Positions 20,161 to 31,391 of a stretch of 64,000 nt of DNA are shown piece by piece. The notes beneath the pieces are model-generated. The model made no database searches and was not told the origin of the DNA. It saw only the letters and a list, made by a program, of their open reading frames with translations. Both the position numbers and the translations under genes were made by a program. The stretch's first letter is position 1, and each line of letters starts with the position of its first letter. Source of the stretch: an uncultured Phycisphaerales bacterium (GTDB lineage: Bacteria; Planctomycetota; Phycisphaerae; Tepidisphaerales; Tepidisphaeraceae); NCBI GenBank assembly GCA_963758525.1, contig CAVWVQ010000005.1, positions 192,001 through 256,000 of the forward strand. The letters are read 5' to 3'.

Positions 20161-20727
20161 ATGCCGATCGCGTCACGTGCCGCGCCCGCATGGAACAACT
20201 GGTACCACGTCACCGTGCACGTCTACGGCTCGTGGCTTCGCGGCGATCCGCGCGGCTGGCGCGCCCGTCACCACCGCGAGCACGTCGAAGGGGATTACCG
20301 AAGTCCGCCTCCGGCGGGAGCCTTCGACCACCTCTACCGGCTCTCCAAAGCGTTGATGAAGCGCGATCGAATCCGGGTTGCTGCCGGTTTTCGCGAGTTT
20401 ATCGCCCGTGCCATTGCGGAGAAATTGCAGATCGATGCTATCGAAGTGCTGATCGTTTCGATGAGCGACAAACATCTGCATCTCCTGGCGCGGTTTCCGG
20501 ATCGGAATCCGCGGGAGATGCTCGGGTATGCCAAGAAATACGCGACGCAGAAGCTGAAAGCCCACGGCTTAGCCGTGGGCTTTGACCTCTAACTCGGAGA
20601 AGGCATCTGGGCGAAACGCTCCCACGCCGAACCCATCAGAAGTCGGGCGCATCAGATCCAGACCTTCCGGTATATCCTCGATCACAGGAAGGAGGGCGCG
20701 GAGGTTTGGCGATTCGACCGCCAGTGA
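20161..20727 (+). pseudogene. RAYT/TnpA-like HUH (Y1) tyrosine nuclease with in-frame TAA at 20590-20592
   Basis: YHVT...YGSWLRGDPRG, HLH motif (DKHLHLL); the same frame continues GIWAKRSHAEPI...FRYILDH to TGA at 20727. Confidence 0.75.
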
Positions 20728-20850
20728 GACACGGGGAGACACGCACGCCGGGGGCCATCTCAGTTTCCGTCGAAGCTTCGCACGGAGAAAGGTTGCGGCA
20801 ATTCTCGCCATCGAAGCGGTTGCGGCGCAGCGACCGAGTTTCCTTCGAGC

Positions 20851-20879
20851 TTGATTCGAAAACCTCCTGCGGCTATCGT
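20851..20879 (+). promoter_or_regulatory. Sigma-70-type promoter of tRNA-Pro
   Basis: TTGATT-17 bp-TATCGT. Confidence 0.55.
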
Positions 20880-20899
20880 GATTGAAGCGGAGAATGCTC

Positions 20900-20975
20900 C
20901 GGGGCGTAGCTCAGCTTGGTTTAGAGCACCAGACTGGGGGTCTGGGGGTCGCAGGTTCAAATCCTGTCGCCCCGA
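20900..20975 (+). tRNA. tRNA-Pro(GGG), CCA not encoded
   Basis: Acceptor stem CGGGGCG/CGCCCCG; anticodon arm CCAGA-CTGGGGG-TCTGG; T-loop GTTCAAAT. Confidence 0.97.
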
Positions 20976-21272
20976 TTCGACGAAACAAAAAGCCCTTTGG
21001 CGTTCATGTCATCTGGGTTCAACGCAGAGGGGTCGTTGTTTATCCCGCGCGCGAACCGTACGGCAGCGGGAGGCACCCATGCCTCACCGCCGGCGAATTG
21101 TGAGAAGGGCGCGTGGGGGCCGTTTCGGAGCCGCTCTTTGCGGAATGCCATCGGCGCCCGCAAATGCGCCTTGTTCCTCTTCCCCCAACTTTTCGCGCAA
21201 AAAAGTATTGATTGTGGCGCGGGAGGGAGACGACGCGCGTATAGTTTTCCATGTGGTACCAAGGCGGTTCCT

Positions 21273-21921
21273 ATGGAAGTAACAATTGTTCTTGCCGACG
21301 ATCATGAAATGATTCGATCCGGGCTCCGCGCTGCTCAAGCGGGAGAACGGATTGGTGGTGGTTGGAGAGGCCAAAGACGGGCGCGGCGCCGTCAAAATGG
21401 TCAGCGAGTTGCAGCCGCAGGTCGTGGTCATGGATCTGCACATGCCGGACCTCAACGGCATCGAAGCGGCTCGGCAGGTGCGGGCGGCCAGTCCGCGGGT
21501 CAAGGTGATCGGGCTCTCAGCCAGTTCTGATGAACATTCGGCTCACGAGATGCTCGACGCAGGCGCAGCGGGCTACGTTGGCAAGGCATCTGCCTTCGAG
21601 GACCTGGTCGCGGCCATCCGGACCGTGATGAGCAACAAGGTGTATATCAGCGAAGGCGTCGCCCGGGCGCATCCCCGTGCCGCAGCGGCAGGCGGCGTGA
21701 CGTCGACTGAATCAGCATTCGCGCCGGCCCTGTCGGCTCGCGAACGCGAGGTGCTGCAGTTGCTCGCCTCGGGAAAGGCCACGAAGGAAGTTGCGGCGGT
21801 GCTGCACATCAGCGTCAAGACGGCAGAGACGCATCGCCGCAATCTGATGGAGAAGCTGCAGATCGACAACGTTGCCGAGCTGACCAAGTACGCGATCTGC
21901 GAGGGGATCATCGCGCTGTAG
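21273..21921 (+). CDS. NarL/LuxR-family response regulator, frameshifted near 21330
   Basis: IVLADDHEMIRSGL then VVGEA..MDLHMP..LSAREREVLQL..ISVKTAETHR. Confidence 0.9.
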
Positions 21922-21929
21922 CCCGGGCA

Positions 21930-24900
21930 TCATCCGGCCGCCTGCGAAGGATCAGGCAACAGTGACTTGACCACCGCGAGCAGTTGATCGGGATCGATCG
22001 GTTTCCCCAGATGTTGCTGAAACCCCGCGTCCAGCGCCCGTTGGCGATGGCCATCACCGGCAAACGCCGTAAGAGCCACCGCCGGGACCGGAGTCAGCCC
22101 GCTGGATTGCTCCCATTCCCTCAGGCCGCGCAGCAGGGAATATCCGTCTTCTCCTGGAAGGCCAATGTCGCTGATCAGCAGATCCGGCCGGGACTGCTTG
22201 AGGGCCAGCGTTGCGGTGGCGGCCCTCTCGGCCGCGATGACAACCGCACCGGCCTGCCGCATCAATTTGATCAGCGCGTTGCGGGTTGCCGCGTCATCTT
22301 CCACGATCATGATTCGCTTATCCGTCAGATCGACCGGATCCCTGGGCCCGGCGGGTTTCTTCTTCCTCCCCGCCTGCTTCAGTTTTGGCAGCGGCAGCCG
22401 AACGACAAACGTGGCGCCCCGCCCGATTCCGTCGCTGTGCGCGTTGATCGTCCCGCCGTGGAGTTCTACGAGCTGTTTTGCGATCGCCAGCCCCAGTCCC
22501 AGGCCGCCTTCCGTGCGCGTCGATGCAGGCTCAAACTGCCGGAACCTCTCAAAAACGTGAGGCAGAAATTCCGGGGAAATCCCGCGCCCGTCGTCCTTGA
22601 CGATCATTTCGATCTCATCCTGATTCCGCCAGAGCCGGACTTGGATGCTTCCGCCGACGCCCGTGAATTTGACGGCATTGTTCAGCAGATTCCAGGCGAT
22701 CTGACGGAATCGTTCGGCGTCCAATTCCACGACGCCGACGTTCTCGTCGAGCTCCGCGGTGACGGCAATGGTCTTGGCCATCGCGGCGGGGGCGATGTTG
22801 TCAAGGGCATCCTTCAGGATCGGCACCAGCTCGACGTTCCTGACGGCCAGGCGCAACTTCCCGCTGGTGATGCGGGAGACATCCAGCAGATCCTCGATCA
22901 GTCCCCGCTGATCTTCCGCGCTGCTCTTGATCGCGCCTAATCCCTCGCGAAGCTGCTCGTCGTTATGGTTGCGATTTTCGCCCAGCAGCTTCGCCCATAG
23001 AATGATCGCCGACAGCGGCGTCCGCAATTCGTGACTCAGGGCGGCGAGGAACTCGTCCTTCAGATGATTGGCTGCTTCGGCCTCCGTTCGGGCCGCCTGC
23101 TCGCGCCGCAGCAGTTGAGCGCGATCCATCTCGATCTGCTTTCGGTCGGTGATATCCAGAACTCCGCCGATCAGGCGAAGCACTTTTCCGTCCACTTTCG
23201 CGGTCGGGCGTCCATATCCGGCGATCCATCGGATGGCGCCGTCGGGATGCAGGGCGCGGAAGTCGGCGGCGTAGTCGCTGCCCTGGGTGAGGGCGTGTTC
23301 CAGCGCGCTCGACACGTTGCTGCGGTCGTCCGGATGGATGCAGGCGATGAACTGCTCGAGTGTGCCGGTGGTTTGGTCCAATGGAATCCCCATGAGGCGG
23401 TTGTGCGTCCGTTCCCACGTGATGACGCCCTTCGCAACGTCCCAGTCCCAGAAGCCCATGTGGGCTGCCTCGATGGCAACGCGAAAGCGCTGCTCGCTTT
23501 CGAGCAGCGCCTGCTCGGCGCGCATTCGCTCGATGAGGTGCGCCGCAAGCCGCGCGTATAACCCAGTCACCCGGAGGATGCGCTGCGGCGGCCGATGCGG
23601 CTCGCTGGCGTACGTCGTCAGGACTCCCTGCAACTCTCCCTGCCGCGTCATCAGCGGCGCGGCCTGCGCGGATCGTTGGCCCAGCGCGGCCGCGGCGCTG
23701 CGAGCGGCGACGTAATCTCGAGCCGTTTCAAAGTCCTCGACGATCACTTGCTGCCCTGCGCGAATCGTCTCGGCGGCCGCCGAACCGAGCAGCGTTTCGT
23801 TAAAACCGGGCTCAGAAACCGTTGCGGGGGTAAAGCCGCGATGGGCCGCGAGCCGCAACGACTTGCTCGCCGGGTCGAAGATCTGGATCGCCCCCATGCT
23901 CGTCTCATGCAGCGTGAGAGCGGCATCCAGAATTTCGTCCAGCGCCGAGGACAGATTGGGCCGTGCCATCAGCCGTTCGGTCAGCTCGTGCAGGCGTGTC
24001 AGAGTTGTCAGCTCCGCGGCGAGGCGTGACTCGCTTTCGCCCAGGTCGGCGGCGGCGCGGACCCGCGTGATCGCGTCCCAGACCCGGTGGGCCACATCCT
24101 CGGCGATCGCGACCTCGGCGGGTGTCCAGTCGCGTTCCGTCGCCTGGGCGATGCACAACACACCGGCAAGCCGGGCGTTTTCCATCCGAGGCACAGTGAT
24201 GTGGGCACGAATCCGCAACATCTCATAAGCAGATCGCTGCTTCCTGGAAAGACTTGCCTCCTTCAACACGTTGCAAACAACAACCGTTTTCCCGGCGCGG
24301 AGCTGTTCCAACAGCGCGGCGTCATAGCCATTAAAATCGTATCGTGCCCCCGGGCTCACACCCTCGCTGACGAATTCGCGGACGAACGTGATGGTGCCGT
24401 TCGGCGCAACCTCGCCGAAAGCCACCCGGCTGGCGCAGGCGCGCACCCAGCAATCGGCTTGATTCAGCCCTGATCTCCTCCGAATCGGTCAACAAGCGCA
24501 GCGTGTCGGAAAGGACAACCAGAAAGGCGTCCCGTTCGGCCATCTGCCGCAGCGACTCCTCCGATTCCTTGCGCCGGGTGATGTCAACAAAGGTGACAAC
24601 GACACCATCGATTCGGTTGTCGGTGGTTCGGTACGGAGTGATCCGCCGCAGATACCAACGGTTGGTGTCCGCGGGAATTTCCCGCTCGCAGGTGATCAGA
24701 CGCTCCAGTGCGGCTTGGGCATCATGGGTGAGATCGGGGTCGGAAAACTTCCGGGCAAGATCGCTGAGCGGCCGGCCGATATCGGAAGCCAGCAGATCCA
24801 GCAGATCCTTCACCGGCGGAGTGAAGCGGCGAATGCGAAAGCGGCTGTCCAGAAACAGCACTGCGATGTCGGTGCTCGTCAGCAGGCTGCTCAGATCGTT

Positions 24901-27156
24901 CCGCGCCGCCTGATGTTCCTCGATCTTCGCCTGCAACTGGCTGTTCACCGTCGACAGCTCCTCATTGAGCGACTGCATCTCCTCGCGGCTGGTCTCCAGC
25001 TCTTCGTTGGTGCTTTGCAGCTCCTCGTTGGTGCTCGTCACCTCCTCGTGGGACGCCTTGAGCTCTTCGTTGCTGGTCTGCAGCTCTTCGACCGTGCTCT
25101 GGAGCTCGTCGCGCACGCTCCGCAACTCTTCGTTCGCCTCTTGAGCGTCGCCTTGCGGAGGCGCTTCGCCGGGCTCGGCGCGCATCTCGCCGTACTCCCG
25201 GAAGCTGACCAGGAAATGATCGGGCGCGGATTTGAGATCCAGCGGCGAAGCAGTCACCGCAATACGCACGCGATGCCCCGGCTCCTTCTCGATCCATCCG
25301 TCCATCACCGACACGGCGGCATTTTCCGCCATCGCGCGATGCAGCGCCGTGCGAATCGGCGCCGCGCGCGCTTTCGCGCGCACAGCGCCAGCAGATCGCG
25401 GGTCGGCTCGCCGCGGGGAGCACTCAAGAACGCTTCGGTGCTGCCATGATAAAAGACGATGCGGTGATCGCGGTCGACCGCCACCGCGGCAGGCGTGTGG
25501 TCCTCGAGGAGCGCGCGAGTGATCAACTGTGGAAGCGACGGGCGGACGCCGGGCGGCCGGGCGTCGGGGGAGGTGCGGGTGTTGCGACCGGCGCCCGCCA
25601 CGACGGGCAGGGGAAACTCCACCGCGCCGTGCCGTGTTGGGCCGACGCGACGGAAGATGCGTGCCTTCTTGTCGAGGGGCTCGAACATGTCGTCGACGGC
25701 GCTGACCGCGGTTTCGCTGGTTCCCAGAAAAAGCGCCCCCTTCGCGAAGCCCAAAGTGCAGCAGCCGGAGCACGCGCTGCTGCACGGACGGCTCCAGATA
25801 AATCAGCAGATTGCGGCAGGTGGCGATGTCGAGCCGGGAAAAGGGCGGATCCTGCAGCAGGTTTTGCGGCGCGAAGACCACGTATTCCCGCAATTCCTGG
25901 CGAACGCGGTAAACGGCATCTTCCCTCTGAAAAAAGCGTTCGAGCCGCGCCGGCGACATCTCCGTCTCGATGCCTCCCGGATAGACCCCGCTCCGCGCGT
26001 TCTGCAGCGTTCGTTCCGCCATGTCGGTGGCAAACACCTTGATATCGAGGCGCTTCCCGCTTTTCTCCGCTTCCTCTGCCAGCAGAATGGCCAGCGTATA
26101 CGCCTCTTCGCCGCTCGAGCAGGCGGTCACCCAGCAGCGTACCGACGATTCATTTTCCCGCGCGGCGATTAACGGCGCGATCACTCGCTCGCGCAGCGTC
26201 TCCCACGCCTCTGGATCGCGAAAGAACCCCGTTACATGGATCAGCAGATCATCCGCCAGCGCCGTCACCTCCGAGGGGCTTTGCCGAAGCAGTTTCGCAT
26301 ACTCCCCGATCTCTGTGAGCCGGCTCAGGCCCATCCGCCGCTGGATCCGGCGGAGCACCGTGGGCTTTTTGTACCCGTTGAAATCCTGCCGCGTGCGGGT
26401 GCGCAGAACCGCGAGGATCTCGCGGACGTGCTGTTGTTCGCGCGCGAGCAATTGCGCCGCGTCCGTCTCCCGGCCGCCACGCGCATAAGGATGATCGGCA
26501 TAGGCCATCAGCACGCCGGCCATGTCTTCGGGGCGCAGAATGTAGTCGGCATAGCCCGCGTCGATCAGATGCCGGGGCATCGAGGGATATTGCGCCGATT
26601 CGGGATCCTGCGCGATGCACAATCCGCCGACCACCTTGATCGCCTGCGCGCCGGCCGAGCCGTTGCTCCCCATCCCGGACATAATGATGCCGATGGCCCG
26701 CTCGCGCTGTTCCTCTGCAAGAGATCGGAAGAAGTCGTCCACCGGCCGATTGTTCCCGGGTGTCGCGAGCCGTTCGCCCAGATGGAGCACTCCGTCTTTG
26801 ATTGTCAGCGTGTGACCGGGGCGGATCACATAAACATGGTCGGGCTCGATGGCAAGCCCCTCCTCCACCTCGCCGACATGCATGGACGTTCTTTTGGAAA
26901 GAATCTCAACCATCATGCTGTCGCGGTCAGGCGGGAGATGCTGAATCACCACATAGGCCATCCCGCTGTTGGGACGCACTGTTCGAAAGAATTCCCCCAG
27001 CGATTCGAGGCCGCCGGCGGACGCGCCAATGCCGACCACGGGAAACGGCAACCGCGGCGGAGCCTCGGCATCAATGGGCTGAACTTCCCTCTCGTCCGCA
27101 GCTCCCGCCGTCGCGGGCAAGTCGTTGGGGGCAATGGTCTCCTCATTGTCGGACAT
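21930..27156 (-). CDS. CheB-CheR-PAS-GAF-GAF-PAS hybrid histidine kinase with receiver; frameshifts near 25745, 25380 and 24445
   Basis: GIGASAGG, QHL, SGMGSNG (CheB); VTGFFRD, ACSSGEEAY, CRNLLIY (CheR); EELQSTNEE coil; SHELRTPL, GLGLGL; ISDIGLP. Confidence 0.88.
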
Positions 27157-27397
27157 GATTTGACTTTCTGCAGAGGCCAAGCGTGATGGAACGCAAGAGC
27201 CAGTCACATATATCTGCTCACTCTACCCTAAATCGTACGCCCGCCAACAACTGGCTGAGTGAGTTCGGCCGTTAACTAATTCGCGAGCGGGCCGGAGGCG
27301 ACCCTCCTCAATTTTACCGGTTCCGCGGATCGTCGGGGGGGCGTAAGTTTTTTGATTCGGAAAATGAGGGAGCCGTCATCTGATAAAGGAGGATCTC

Positions 27398-28321
27398 ATG
27401 AGTGCCCGCACCGATCAAAAGAACGGAAAGCCCGCACGAGCGCAAAACGGTAAACAGAACGAGCCCGAACCTGCTTTTCCCCGGCAACACCAGAGTAAGC
27501 CCGGGCTGGAACACAAAATGAACCCCAGACCGCGCTATGCGGCGCCGCGATACCGCGCGGCCGGCAAGCTCGAGGGCAAAGTCGCCCTGATCACCGGCGG
27601 CGACAGCGGGATTGGGCGGGCCATCGTGAACCTGTACGCGCGCGAGGGCTCCGACGTCGCCATCGTGTTTCTCCCAGCAGAGACCACTGACGCGCAGGAG
27701 ACCAAGCGGATCGTGGAAGCCTGCGGGCGCGAATGCCTGCTGCTGCCCGGCGATCTGACGGATCGCGCATTCTGCGAGGAGGCGGTCGCGCGAACCGTGC
27801 GCGAGTTCGGCAAGCTCGACATTCTGATTAGCAACGCTGCGTACCAGAATCGTGTTCCCGCATTGGAGAAAGTGACCGACGAAGAGTTCGATCGCACATT
27901 CAAGACCAATGTCTATGCCTGCTTCTATCTATGCCGTGCCGCGGTGAAACACATGCCGCCAGGCTCGGCAATTATCGTCACCAGTTCGGAGACGGGGCTC
28001 GAAGGCTCCGAGCAACTCGTGGCGTACTCCGCGACAAAAGGCGCGATCAATGCGTTTACGAAAACGCTGGCGATGGAACTGGTGGGAAAAGGGATTCGCG
28101 TGAACGCCGTCGCGCCGGGGCCGGTGTGGACTCCGCTCAACACCGCCGACAAGGGAAACCCCGCGGTCAAGGTCAGCAAGTTTGGACAAAAAACGATGTT
28201 CGGCCGGCCCGCCCAGCCCGAGGAGATTGCGCCAGCATACGTGTTCCTGGCGAGTGAAGCCGACTCAAGCTTCATTACCGGCATCGTTCTTGCAGAAATG
28301 GGAAAGACCAAAGCGGGCTGA
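27398..28321 (+). CDS. SDR oxidoreductase (YdaD/YghA-like)
   Basis: ITGGDSGIGRA, YSATKGA, VAPGPVWT. Confidence 0.92.
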   Translation: MSARTDQKNGKPARAQNGKQNEPEPAFPRQHQSKPGLEHKMNPRPRYAAPRYRAAGKLEGKVALITGGDSGIGRAIVNLYAREGSDVAIVFLPAETTDAQETKRIVEACGRECLLLPGDLTDRAFCEEAVARTVREFGKLDILISNAAYQNRVPALEKVTDEEFDRTFKTNVYACFYLCRAAVKHMPPGSAIIVTSSETGLEGSEQLVAYSATKGAINAFTKTLAMELVGKGIRVNAVAPGPVWTPLNTADKGNPAVKVSKFGQKTMFGRPAQPEEIAPAYVFLASEADSSFITGIVLAEMGKTKAG

Positions 28322-28354
28322 TGCCCGGAGATAACTCATTCAAAGAGGTGTCCT

Positions 28355-28645
28355 ATGCCACGCGGCGACAAGTCGTCTTACACAGACAAGCAGAAGCGGC
28401 AGGCCGAACATATTGAAGAGGGATATGAAAAGCGCGGAACGTCGAAAAAGGAAGCCGAGCGTCGCGCCTGGGCGACGGTGAACAAGGAGACCGGCGGCGG
28501 CAAGAAGAGCGGATCGGGGCGTGGAAAGAAGGAAGACCACTCGCCGTCGCGAAAGGGCGGTCGGATCGGCGGGTCGAGTCAGTCTCGATCAACCCGCGCC
28601 AAAGCCGGAAAAAAGGCAGCACGCACGCGTGCGAAAAGCCGGTAG
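28355..28645 (+). CDS. Small basic conserved protein (family often labelled 'plasmid stabilization protein')
   Basis: MPRGDKSSYTDKQKRQAEHIEEGYE...AWATVNK..GGGKKSGSG; GAGG ribosome-binding site. Confidence 0.85.
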   Translation: MPRGDKSSYTDKQKRQAEHIEEGYEKRGTSKKEAERRAWATVNKETGGGKKSGSGRGKKEDHSPSRKGGRIGGSSQSRSTRAKAGKKAARTRAKSR

Positions 28646-28759
28646 GCGGCGTGATGGCGCGAATGGCGAAGGGGGCCCCGGCGACCCTATCGATCCGAGC
28701 TCGCGGGGGACACGCCGCATCTTGTTTCAGGGTTCCTCAGGACAAAACTGAGAGCAGAG

Positions 28760-28773
28760 GGAACGGCAATTGC
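28760..28773 (+). promoter_or_regulatory. Possible sigma-54 -24/-12 promoter
   Basis: GGAACGGCAATTGC has GG-N10-GC spacing, 40 bp before the SDR start. Confidence 0.35.
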
Positions 28774-28813
28774 CGGCTGCGCCGCGTCGTTTCTCTCAGA
28801 GGAGATAGTAGCT

Positions 28814-29725
28814 ATGTCCATTTCGCTCAAGCCAATCGATCAGCAGGTCATCGTCATTACTGGAGCGTCAAGCGGCATTGGGTTGGCCACCGCCAAAGAA
28901 GCCGCCAAGCGCGGCGCCCGAGTAGTAGTCGCCGCGCGCAGCCATGGCCTTCTGAACGACCTCGTGTCGCAGCTCAATGACGAAGGACATGAGGCAATTG
29001 CGGTGGAATGCGATGTGTCAAATCGCGAGCAAGTCGATCGCGTTGCACAAGCGGCAATCGACCAGTTCGGCCGCATCGATACCTGGATCAATAACGCGGG
29101 GGTCTCAGTCTATGGCAGACTGGACGAGGTCAGCGAACAGGACAGTCGCCGTGTATTCGAGACCAACTTCTGGGGAATCTACAACGGATCGCTGGCGGCA
29201 CTGCCGTATTTAAAACGCCAGGGCGGAGCTTTGATTAATTTGGGCAGCGAAGTGTCAGAAGCCGTTGTGCCACTCCAAGGCATCTATTCCGCTTCCAAAC
29301 ATGCAGTGAAGGGATTCACCGACGCTCTGCGGATTGAAATAGAGGAAGTGGACAAAGCGCCGGTTTCGATCACCCTGATCCAGCCCACCGCCGTGAACAC
29401 CCCTTATCCGCAGCATGCCAAGAATTACATGGATCGAGAGCCGAAGCTCCCGTCGCCGCAGATCGAGGCCCAGCAGGTGGCCGAAGCGATTCTGGAAGCC
29501 GCCGTAAAACCGACACGACACACAAAAGTGGGCCTGATGTCGAAGGTCAACACGACGATGTCCAACGTTCTGCCTGGTGTTGCTGACAAGATGTCCGCGA
29601 AACAAATCGATCGGCAGCAGTACAGCGAGCGGCCTCGCAACCCCGACGGCGCGCTCTATCAGCCGAGCGAAATGACGGGCGTCGCCGGACAGACTCAGGG
29701 AGCCGGCGGACGTGAATCGAAGTAA
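28814..29725 (+). CDS. SDR oxidoreductase
   Basis: ITGASSGIG, NNAG, YSASKHAV. Confidence 0.92.
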   Translation: MSISLKPIDQQVIVITGASSGIGLATAKEAAKRGARVVVAARSHGLLNDLVSQLNDEGHEAIAVECDVSNREQVDRVAQAAIDQFGRIDTWINNAGVSVYGRLDEVSEQDSRRVFETNFWGIYNGSLAALPYLKRQGGALINLGSEVSEAVVPLQGIYSASKHAVKGFTDALRIEIEEVDKAPVSITLIQPTAVNTPYPQHAKNYMDREPKLPSPQIEAQQVAEAILEAAVKPTRHTKVGLMSKVNTTMSNVLPGVADKMSAKQIDRQQYSERPRNPDGALYQPSEMTGVAGQTQGAGGRESK

Positions 29726-29784
29726 CGTTCCGTAGCGCCGCCGGCAATGGCGGCAGTTTTCGTGGTCACCTCTTTTGACCGGAT

Positions 29785-31230
29785 TCATCGCAACTGCGAC
29801 GATGGCACTTGCTCCGGCCCGACGTGTGAGATGAATTCCGGGTATCCCGGCGCGCCCATCTCCGGAATATCCAGCCCGGCAATCTCCACCTCGGGCGTAA
29901 CGCGGTTGGTGCCGCCTTCAAATCGTGCAATCAGAATGAGGGTGAGCAGGCCGGCCCCGAGGGAATGGGCGATGCAGACGACCACCGCAATGATCTGACA
30001 GAGCAACTGGCCGGCGCCCCCTCCGTAGAACAATCCTGTTACCGGTCCGGCAACGCCGTTGTAACCATCGCCAAAGGTGCCATTGGCAAAAAGTCCGACG
30101 GCAAGCGTTCCCCAGATGCCGCAAAAGCCATGGACACTGATTGCGCCGACCGGATCATCGACTCCGCGCCGCTCGAGGTACAACACGCCGATGGCCGCCA
30201 GCAGCCCCGCAATCCCGCCCACGAAAAACGCGGCAGAGGGTGAGAGAAACGCGCAACCCGCGGAGCTTGCGACGAGCCCGCCGAGCATCCCGTTGCACAT
30301 CACCGACGGGTCGGGTTTGCCGTAAAGGCTCCACATGTAGAATACCGCGCCCAGCGCCCCGGCGACCGATGCCAGAGCGGTATTCATCCCGATGATTCCG
30401 GCTTGTCCGTCGCCGGCCGCAATCGATCGCCCGCTGTTGAGCGCGAACCAGCCGAAGGCGATGATCAGGGTGCCGAGGATGACCATCGGAACGTGATGGC
30501 CGAAGATCGGCCGGGGCCTGCCGTTTTCGTCATACTTCCCAAGGCGCGGGCCCATCGCGATTGACACGGCAAATGCGAGGGACCCGCCGGTCAATTGAAT
30601 CACGGCCGAGCCGCTGTAATCGACCACGCCGTGCCCCAGGCCGCCGTTGATTCCAAGTTGGGCGAGCCATCCCCCGCCCCACACCCAGCAGGCATATAAC
30701 GGAAAGATCACGCCCCCGGCCACCGCGCTGAACACCACGAAGCTCTTGATCTTCCATCTCTCGATGTTGGCGCCGCTTGGGACGCTCGCCGCGATGCTCA
30801 TGAAAACCGCCATGAGCAGAAACCAGCTCGCCGACGGCGCGCTATGGGCAATGCTCCCGAGAAAAAATCCTTTGGCGCCGAAGATGCCCCAGCGATGCGC
30901 GCCAATGCTGAGCGAGACTAACTTGTCGGCGGTCACCTGTGCGTCGAGCGGGCCGGTGACGGCGGCGGCGCCCTTGCTCCCGATGCCGCCGCACATCAGC
31001 GCATATCCGCAGACGAAGAATCCCGTCATGCCCAGGACATACACGAGCATGTTCATCGACATCGTGTGGGCGACGTTTTTTGCGCGTCCCAAGCCGGTTT
31101 CGACCAGGCCAAAACCCGCCTGGATCAACACGACCATCGCAGCAAGCAACGGCGAGTAAGAGATCAGCGACGGAGATGCCATCGCGATCACCGAGCCGGC
31201 ATCTGGGGGAAAACTCAAGAGGTGCATCAT
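29785..31230 (-). CDS. Ammonium transporter (Amt) family protein with atypical pore residues
   Basis: QAGF..VETG..RAKN, WVWGGGWL, GPRLGKY, NGMLGGLVA, DDPVGAISVHG, GLDIPEMG; start uncertain. Confidence 0.9.
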   Translation of the reverse strand: MMHLLSFPPDAGSVIAMASPSLISYSPLLAAMVVLIQAGFGLVETGLGRAKNVAHTMSMNMLVYVLGMTGFFVCGYALMCGGIGSKGAAAVTGPLDAQVTADKLVSLSIGAHRWGIFGAKGFFLGSIAHSAPSASWFLLMAVFMSIAASVPSGANIERWKIKSFVVFSAVAGGVIFPLYACWVWGGGWLAQLGINGGLGHGVVDYSGSAVIQLTGGSLAFAVSIAMGPRLGKYDENGRPRPIFGHHVPMVILGTLIIAFGWFALNSGRSIAAGDGQAGIIGMNTALASVAGALGAVFYMWSLYGKPDPSVMCNGMLGGLVASSAGCAFLSPSAAFFVGGIAGLLAAIGVLYLERRGVDDPVGAISVHGFCGIWGTLAVGLFANGTFGDGYNGVAGPVTGLFYGGGAGQLLCQIIAVVVCIAHSLGAGLLTLILIARFEGGTNRVTPEVEIAGLDIPEMGAPGYPEFISHVGPEQVPSSQLR

Positions 31231-31323
31231 TGGAAATCTACTCTTCCGTGGCACGGGCTTCCAGCGTGTCCAGCCTCCGATGTCCGGTCGGGTGTGGCGC
31301 TCGAAAGTGGCGATCGGCTCCGA

Positions 31324-31391
31324 GTAGGGCGGGATTCATCCCGCCGATTTGTTGGCCGGCTGAGAAAACGGCGGGATGAATCCCGCCCTAC
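31324..31391. repeat. GTAG-type REP doublet (REPIN)
   Basis: GTAGGGCGGGATTCATCCCGCC ... GGCGGGATGAATCCCGCCCTAC. Confidence 0.92.

Noticed and set aside
20081..20850. IS605/IscB/TnpB RNA-guided element
   Set aside because: The palindrome resembles IS200/IS605 ends, but no RuvC-type ORF is adjacent and the two copies do not bracket the whole gene.
20976..29780. Integrative element at tRNA-Pro
   Set aside because: No integrase and no duplicated tRNA 3' end were found in the window.
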